49,262 bases of DNA from positions 1 to 49,262 of IMG/VR virus record IMGVR_UViG_3300035140_000023. One strand, written 5' to 3'. The DNA comes from a virus. Its lineage: Duplodnaviria > Caudoviricetes. The translations under genes were made by a program, and so were the position numbers. The notes under the pieces are model-generated. The model saw only the letters and a program-made list of their open reading frames with translations, ran no database searches and was not told where the DNA came from. Of this stretch, positions 45,324 through 49,262 are shown one piece after another (position 1 is the first letter of the stretch; the number at the start of each line of letters is the position of its first letter).

Positions 45324-45403
45324 GGTCGGGTGCGATCAGGTCAGTTAGGATCAGATATGGTCAGTTCCGGTCAGGTATGATACGATGCGGTAAGTTAGGG
45401 TAA
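45324..45403 (+). repeat. 16 tandem degenerate pentamers GDTNN
   Basis: ggtcg ggtgc gatca ggtca gttag gatca gatat ggtca gttcc ggtca ggtat gatac gatgc ggtaa gttag ggtaa. Confidence 0.85.
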
Positions 45404-45427
45404 GGGCGCTTTAGGCGCTCTTTTTTT
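45404..45427 (+). terminator. Rho-independent terminator
   Basis: gggcgc/gcgctc stem followed by T7. Confidence 0.8.
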
Positions 45428-46193
45428 ATTCCCATAATTTTAATTGGTGAAAATATATTAAACTGGATAATAACTCTGGGTTCTCACCTAACATAATTGC
45501 TTCTTTCTGTTTTTTTACTTCCCATATTAAATACCAAGCATCTTTATGATAATTCATTAAGTCCGATGTTAATCGAACACCACCTACATTTTTTCTATGG
45601 GTAGGATTAGGAAGATAAGATATACCTCTTTTTAATTGTCCATTATCATGATAAAATACCGGATGTTTTGAAGGGAATACATGAAATGATTTTTCATTAT
45701 CCATTCTAAGAATTAATACTACTAAATCGGTTAATAATACTCCATAACTTTTTAACTGGCTTCCAAAGCCAAACAGGTAGCCACTTCTGGTAAAATGTGA
45801 TTTTTTAACTTCAATTAGTACATTTCCCTCTGCTACAACATCAGGTCGTTTATCATAAAATGCACTCGCTTTTCCTGGAGCGCTATATATTCCCCGCTTA
45901 TGGCATTCTTGCATAACCATTTTTTCGGTTTTAACTCCTGAAATATTTCTAGGTATTGTTTCAATTTGTATACTCTTTTGTCGTTTACACTTTATACAAA
46001 TGCGATCTCGTTGTTTATTCCCGGTTTTATGTGCATAGAATTTATTTAAGGGTTTTACTAAAAAACAGTTTGTACATAATCGAAAATATAAATTACAATG
46101 ATGACAATAAAAATCCAAGTAGTATTTGTGACCTTCTTTTTCAGTGTCATTAAAGCAAATAGGACATTGAAAAGCATCTGGTATTATTTGCAT
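45426..46193 (-). CDS. Zn-finger plus PD-(D/E)xK endonuclease (free-standing, homing-endonuclease-like)
   Basis: Four CxxC motifs; 'RPDVV...LIEVKKS'; very AT-rich. Confidence 0.7.
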   Translation of the reverse strand: MQIIPDAFQCPICFNDTEKEGHKYYLDFYCHHCNLYFRLCTNCFLVKPLNKFYAHKTGNKQRDRICIKCKRQKSIQIETIPRNISGVKTEKMVMQECHKRGIYSAPGKASAFYDKRPDVVAEGNVLIEVKKSHFTRSGYLFGFGSQLKSYGVLLTDLVVLILRMDNEKSFHVFPSKHPVFYHDNGQLKRGISYLPNPTHRKNVGGVRLTSDLMNYHKDAWYLIWEVKKQKEAIMLGENPELLSSLIYFHQLKLWE

Positions 46194-46199
46194 TTTTTA

Positions 46200-46350
46200 C
46201 TCCTAACGAAAAACCCCTCCGGTTACGCGGTTGGGTCTAGTCAAGCCACGTTTGGGAGAGGTTTCGTTTTTGATTATAGATGAAAAAACCGCGTTACGCT
46301 ATGGCTTGACTAGACATCTCTATTATATCATTTCCAGTTATGCAATGCAA
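46200..46350 (-). promoter_or_regulatory. Promoter and structured leader of the nuclease gene
   Basis: TTGCAT-17 bp-TATAAT; 14-bp perfect inverted repeat 46235-48/46302-15. Confidence 0.65.
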
Positions 46351-46361
46351 GTAACCCACCC

Positions 46362-46394
46362 CAAACCAAAGACCCCCATCATCGGGGGTCTTGG
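46362..46394 (-). terminator. Terminator of the leftward early operon
   Basis: ccaa(a)gaccccc/gggggtcttgg stem. Confidence 0.55.
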
Positions 46395-46417
46395 CGTGCT
46401 GTGCTTTGATGGGCGGT

Positions 46418-46642
46418 TTAGTCCGCCTGCTTATTCCATAATTTAACGTACATGCGCGGTACAAATGGGCGAATAGCGCCGTGCTGTTCCAGTGTAACTG
46501 ACTTTCCCTGCTCGTGAATAACTCTTACCCGCCAGGGCTTCTTAGACGTTCCATAGCACGCCATTGTTGGATTTTTCGCTGTGTACCATTTCTCATACTC
46601 AAAAGCACATTTCACGGTATCGCCTACTTGCAAGTCTTTCAT
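46418..46642 (-). CDS. Hypothetical protein (SH3/KOW-like)
   Basis: 'DLQVGDTVK'; RBS present. Confidence 0.65.
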   Translation of the reverse strand: MKDLQVGDTVKCAFEYEKWYTAKNPTMACYGTSKKPWRVRVIHEQGKSVTLEQHGAIRPFVPRMYVKLWNKQAD

Positions 46643-46654
46643 TTCCCTTTCCTC

Positions 46655-47122
46655 TCAACTCCATACAATCGTAGGCCGAACTTCCATCATGTACTTCTGA
46701 TAGAAATAGCGCACATCTTCCGGCATTCCACACTGCCAGAAGTCATTTGCCCATTCAATGTACCACAGCATGTAGCTTGTCTTATCGGGAAACATGCTCT
46801 GCGTCTTTTCAAGTGTCCGCAGCATCGCTTCATGGGCTGCGTCGTGCTGGCGGCGGGCTTCGGTTTCCGCTGCGATGACCGCTTGCCGCGCGTGCCAGTC
46901 GGCTTCACTGACCAGACGCGATTCGGGGAACGTCTGACAGAAATAATGCTCAACGCCATAAAGGTGTTTGTTTCCGTGCGATATGATACGGGTGATGGTG
47001 GTATGCAGGTTCAATACCTGAATAAACACAGCATCGCCAGTCTTAAACTTAGGTCGCATGGCTTCTGTGGCATCTTGCGCATCCAGTGCTTGGTCTACGT
47101 AATCATTGGGATCGGGAAACAT
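46655..47122 (-). CDS. Hypothetical protein
   Basis: GGAGG RBS; 'PKFKTGDAV'. Confidence 0.7.
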   Translation of the reverse strand: MFPDPNDYVDQALDAQDATEAMRPKFKTGDAVFIQVLNLHTTITRIISHGNKHLYGVEHYFCQTFPESRLVSEADWHARQAVIAAETEARRQHDAAHEAMLRTLEKTQSMFPDKTSYMLWYIEWANDFWQCGMPEDVRYFYQKYMMEVRPTIVWS

Positions 47123-47323
47123 TTACTTGTCCTCCTGAAGATGGGCTTCCAGAAACGAAGCCACCAGATGGCGTAACACCTCGCTGCGGCTGATGCGCTG
47201 CGGGTAGTTGACCGCCCGCATGTTGTAGCCCTGTTCCTCCAGTATCCAGCCAACATGCTCCACGTCGGCTAGAAACTGATCCTTCTCACTTTCTGTGGAT
47301 AAGTAAATCCGTGTGTCTGGCAT
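47123..47323 (-). CDS. Ribbon-helix-helix-like regulator
   Basis: N-terminal beta strand TRIYL and 'ISRSEVLRHLV' helix. Confidence 0.55.
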   Translation of the reverse strand: MPDTRIYLSTESEKDQFLADVEHVGWILEEQGYNMRAVNYPQRISRSEVLRHLVASFLEAHLQEDK

Positions 47324-47345
47324 GTAAATCCTTTCGAGTCTCTCA

Positions 47346-47395
47346 TAATGGACAATGCAGGAGACTTGTCGCCAAGCCCCCTACGCTGTGCATTA
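47346..47395 (-). repeat. 50-bp hairpin element, copy 1
   Basis: Paralog of 47911-47960; GCGA tetraloop. Confidence 0.9.
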
Positions 47396-47581
47396 GTTGG
47401 TCAATCTCTCGAACTTATTCAAACGATCCAGCCAATATTGTGCTTTCCGTTCACATTCATCAATAACATATGCTGGCTTTCCACTTTCAATAGCGAGATT
47501 GGCTTGCCCCAACCAATACTGAGCGCGATCATTGGCTTCAAGTCGTTTGTCTTTTAACGTAGGTAATGTAACTTTCTTCAT
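47393..47581 (-). CDS. Hypothetical protein
   Basis: GAGGA RBS. Confidence 0.7.
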   Translation of the reverse strand: MKKVTLPTLKDKRLEANDRAQYWLGQANLAIESGKPAYVIDECERKAQYWLDRLNKFERLTN

Positions 47582-47633
47582 GTGTCATATCCTCTCATAG
47601 ATACCCGCGATCTGAGTCATTCATTTTGGTAAA

Positions 47634-47879
47634 CTAGCTAAGCCGCTTCACATTGCTGTGCCACTTGTGGGTCACTGTCCCGGCGACATCCAGACAAATG
47701 GTTTCCTGGGTATACTTTGAAAAAAAACCTAAGATCGTAATTGGCTTGTCTAAGCGGATAGTCAAGAAGTAACCGCGATTGCCCCGGTCTATCAGGTCAA
47801 TAATCGTGCCAGTGAAGGGAGTCTTGATGTCGATATTCTTGCTTACAAAAACCCGGTTGCCTTTGGTTAAGTTCATCAT
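47634..47879 (-). CDS. Hypothetical protein
   Basis: AAGGA RBS. Confidence 0.65.
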   Translation of the reverse strand: MMNLTKGNRVFVSKNIDIKTPFTGTIIDLIDRGNRGYFLTIRLDKPITILGFFSKYTQETICLDVAGTVTHKWHSNVKRLS

Positions 47880-47910
47880 TTCCGTTTTCCTTAATTCATC
47901 TAGTTTTGCT

Positions 47911-47960
47911 TAATGGACAATGCAGGAGGGCGGTCGCCCGTCCCCCTGCGCTGTGCATTA
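47911..47960 (-). repeat. 50-bp hairpin element, copy 2
   Basis: Covarying paralog of copy 1. Confidence 0.9.
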
Positions 47961-48146
47961 ACTCATGTTGTGGGTAATGTGCCGGGCATACAATCCATTA
48001 TCGTAAAGCCAGTTCATCATATCGCGTTTTGCCTGCTGTTCTTCACTGAGTTGATCCAGATACTCAAAATTCGCGCTTTGGTGTATCCGGTTAACGATTT
48101 GGCTGAATTGCTGGAAACTGTTGGTTGGTTTCGGTTGGTTCTGCAT
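47958..48146 (-). CDS. Hypothetical protein
   Basis: AAGGAG RBS, start MQNQPK. Confidence 0.7.
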   Translation of the reverse strand: MQNQPKPTNSFQQFSQIVNRIHQSANFEYLDQLSEEQQAKRDMMNWLYDNGLYARHITHNMS

Positions 48147-48173
48147 AATGTTTATCTCCTTTCTTGGGTTTCG

Positions 48174-48202
48174 CCCCGGTGTTCGTAGCACCGGGGTTTT
48201 TG
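48174..48202 (+). terminator. Hairpin with a + strand U tract (antisense-blocking terminator)
   Basis: ccccggtg/caccgggg followed by ttttt. Confidence 0.5.
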
Positions 48203-48227
48203 TTTTGGGTGGGTTAGCTAAACCAAC

Positions 48228-48590
48228 TTAACGCCAGATTTCTTCGTTCGCTTCCAGTTTACCATGCCCCGCGTGACCATAATCAAACCGATCATTGGCT
48301 TTTCGCACAATGTAGTATCCTAATTTTCGCGCCCAGGGGTCTTGCTTTGCTGCATTGACCGCCTGAAAGGGAAATTCATAATCCACTTCAGGTGCAATTT
48401 CTGGGATAGATTCCGATTCTGGGTTTAGTTTGGCATCCAATTCAGCTTTCCAGGTGGTGATTTGAGCATCATCATGAGTAGCTAATGCCTTGACTGCTTT
48501 GCTGTAGCTTGTAATCTCATGCTTCTGAAACAGGCGGGCTAACTTTTCTTGCTTGGGGCTTAGGTTCTTGCGCATTTCGTTAAATTTCAT
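48228..48590 (-). CDS. Hypothetical protein, first gene after the consensus promoter
   Basis: AAGGAG RBS. Confidence 0.75.
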   Translation of the reverse strand: MKFNEMRKNLSPKQEKLARLFQKHEITSYSKAVKALATHDDAQITTWKAELDAKLNPESESIPEIAPEVDYEFPFQAVNAAKQDPWARKLGYYIVRKANDRFDYGHAGHGKLEANEEIWR

Positions 48591-48620
48591 TTCGTATCTC
48601 CTTGTTTAACTTATATACTG

Positions 48621-48649
48621 ATTATACTCCTATATAGCTATATTGTCAA
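48621..48649 (-). promoter_or_regulatory. Perfect consensus sigma70 promoter with palindromic spacer
   Basis: TTGACA-17 bp-TATAAT; spacer contains the palindrome atatagctatat. Confidence 0.9.
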
Positions 48650-48731
48650 GTAGCAAAACCCCCATTTTGCGGGGGTCTGGGATTTTCTAACCCATTTGTA
48701 ACATGGGTAGGATTGCAGGACGCGCATTCTA

Positions 48732-49142
48732 TCAACTGTCGTTTTGTGGATCGTCGCTATTGATAAAATACTCGTTGATTCGTTTTTCCATTTCACGTTC
48801 TATTTCTTCGCGCATGGCTTCAGCAACCCGTTTAGCCCATTCAGGATATTTTTGCATCAGTGAGGCTTTATCGCCGTATACCAAACCGGTTTCAACCTCC
48901 TGAATAATCACAGTTTGACGACCTGTGTATTGCTCCACTTCATGCCCTGGAAGTCGAGGGAAAAGCGGTTTGTCTTTTTTGTATTGCTCCATCAAGGCTT
49001 GATGTGTCTGCCAATTGATGGCACATAACCAATGTTTTGGTATGCCGCGTTCAAGTAGCGGGTCTTTCGGCAATGCTTTATACATGGCTTCGAGGTTTTG
49101 AATTATTTCACTCTGGCTTTTCATAAGAGTCTTTCCCTTCAC
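48732..49142 (-). CDS. Hypothetical protein
   Basis: GTGA overlap with the SH3 gene across the circular junction. Confidence 0.65.
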   Translation of the reverse strand: MKGKTLMKSQSEIIQNLEAMYKALPKDPLLERGIPKHWLCAINWQTHQALMEQYKKDKPLFPRLPGHEVEQYTGRQTVIIQEVETGLVYGDKASLMQKYPEWAKRVAEAMREEIEREMEKRINEYFINSDDPQNDS

Positions 49143-49262
49143 TCACACAACATTTCAATCTGCCACTTGTACACCCATCCGACCAATCCATCCCGCCCTT
49201 CCACCTGATAGGAAAAGCCCCAGTTTCCACGCGGCCCCTGCATTACTATCACCACTTCGCCA
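49136..49262. repeat. Terminal direct repeat (copy 2)
   Basis: Identical to 1-127. Confidence 0.97.

Noticed and set aside
47348-48188. Plus-strand ORFs both starting MDNAG
   Set aside because: A by-product of the 50-bp hairpin repeat; antisense to genes with good RBSs
48160-48200. Hammerhead ribozyme suggested by CGAAAC
   Set aside because: No CUGANGA core; a simple hairpin explains the sequence

Overview
This window is an apparently complete circular genome of a tailed dsDNA phage, about 49,135 bp; bases 1-127 are repeated exactly at 49136-49262, which looks like an assembly overlap. The layout is siphovirus-like. A leftward early region of small genes (45426-49262 continuing into 1-2788) meets a divergent, overlapping sigma70 promoter pair next to an XRE-HTH repressor-like gene. 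The rightward early/replication region encodes an ERF annealase, an ASCH protein, a lambda-O-like initiator with iterons, a primase-helicase, a pentapeptide-repeat protein and a DUF1064-like nuclease. A long late operon follows: terminase, portal-MuF fusion, protease/scaffold, capsid, neck, tail tube, chaperones, tape measure, tail tip/fibre and lysis. I saw no integrase, tRNA, CRISPR array or reverse transcriptase. The most unusual features are: (i) a ParB fused to a TGT-like barrel next to a YhhQ/VUT preQ0/preQ1 transporter, directly before the terminase (candidate new 7-deazaguanine DNA-modification module); (ii) a glycan pathway embedded between capsid and neck genes (two glycosyltransferase genes, PIG-L deacetylase, LpxD-like acyltransferase, NDP-sugar epimerase/decarboxylase, DUF1360), suggesting virion glycosylation; (iii) a glycoside hydrolase fused to a holin-like domain with a nested dual start; (iv) several structured leader RNAs resembling c4/CI; (v) a stand-alone GDTNN x16 pentamer small-RNA unit convergent with a Zn-finger PD-(D/E)xK nuclease; (vi) two covarying 50-nt hairpins and repeated gene-boundary linkers. 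A Chloroflexota host is a weak inference. All protein family calls come from reading motifs by eye, not from database searches.
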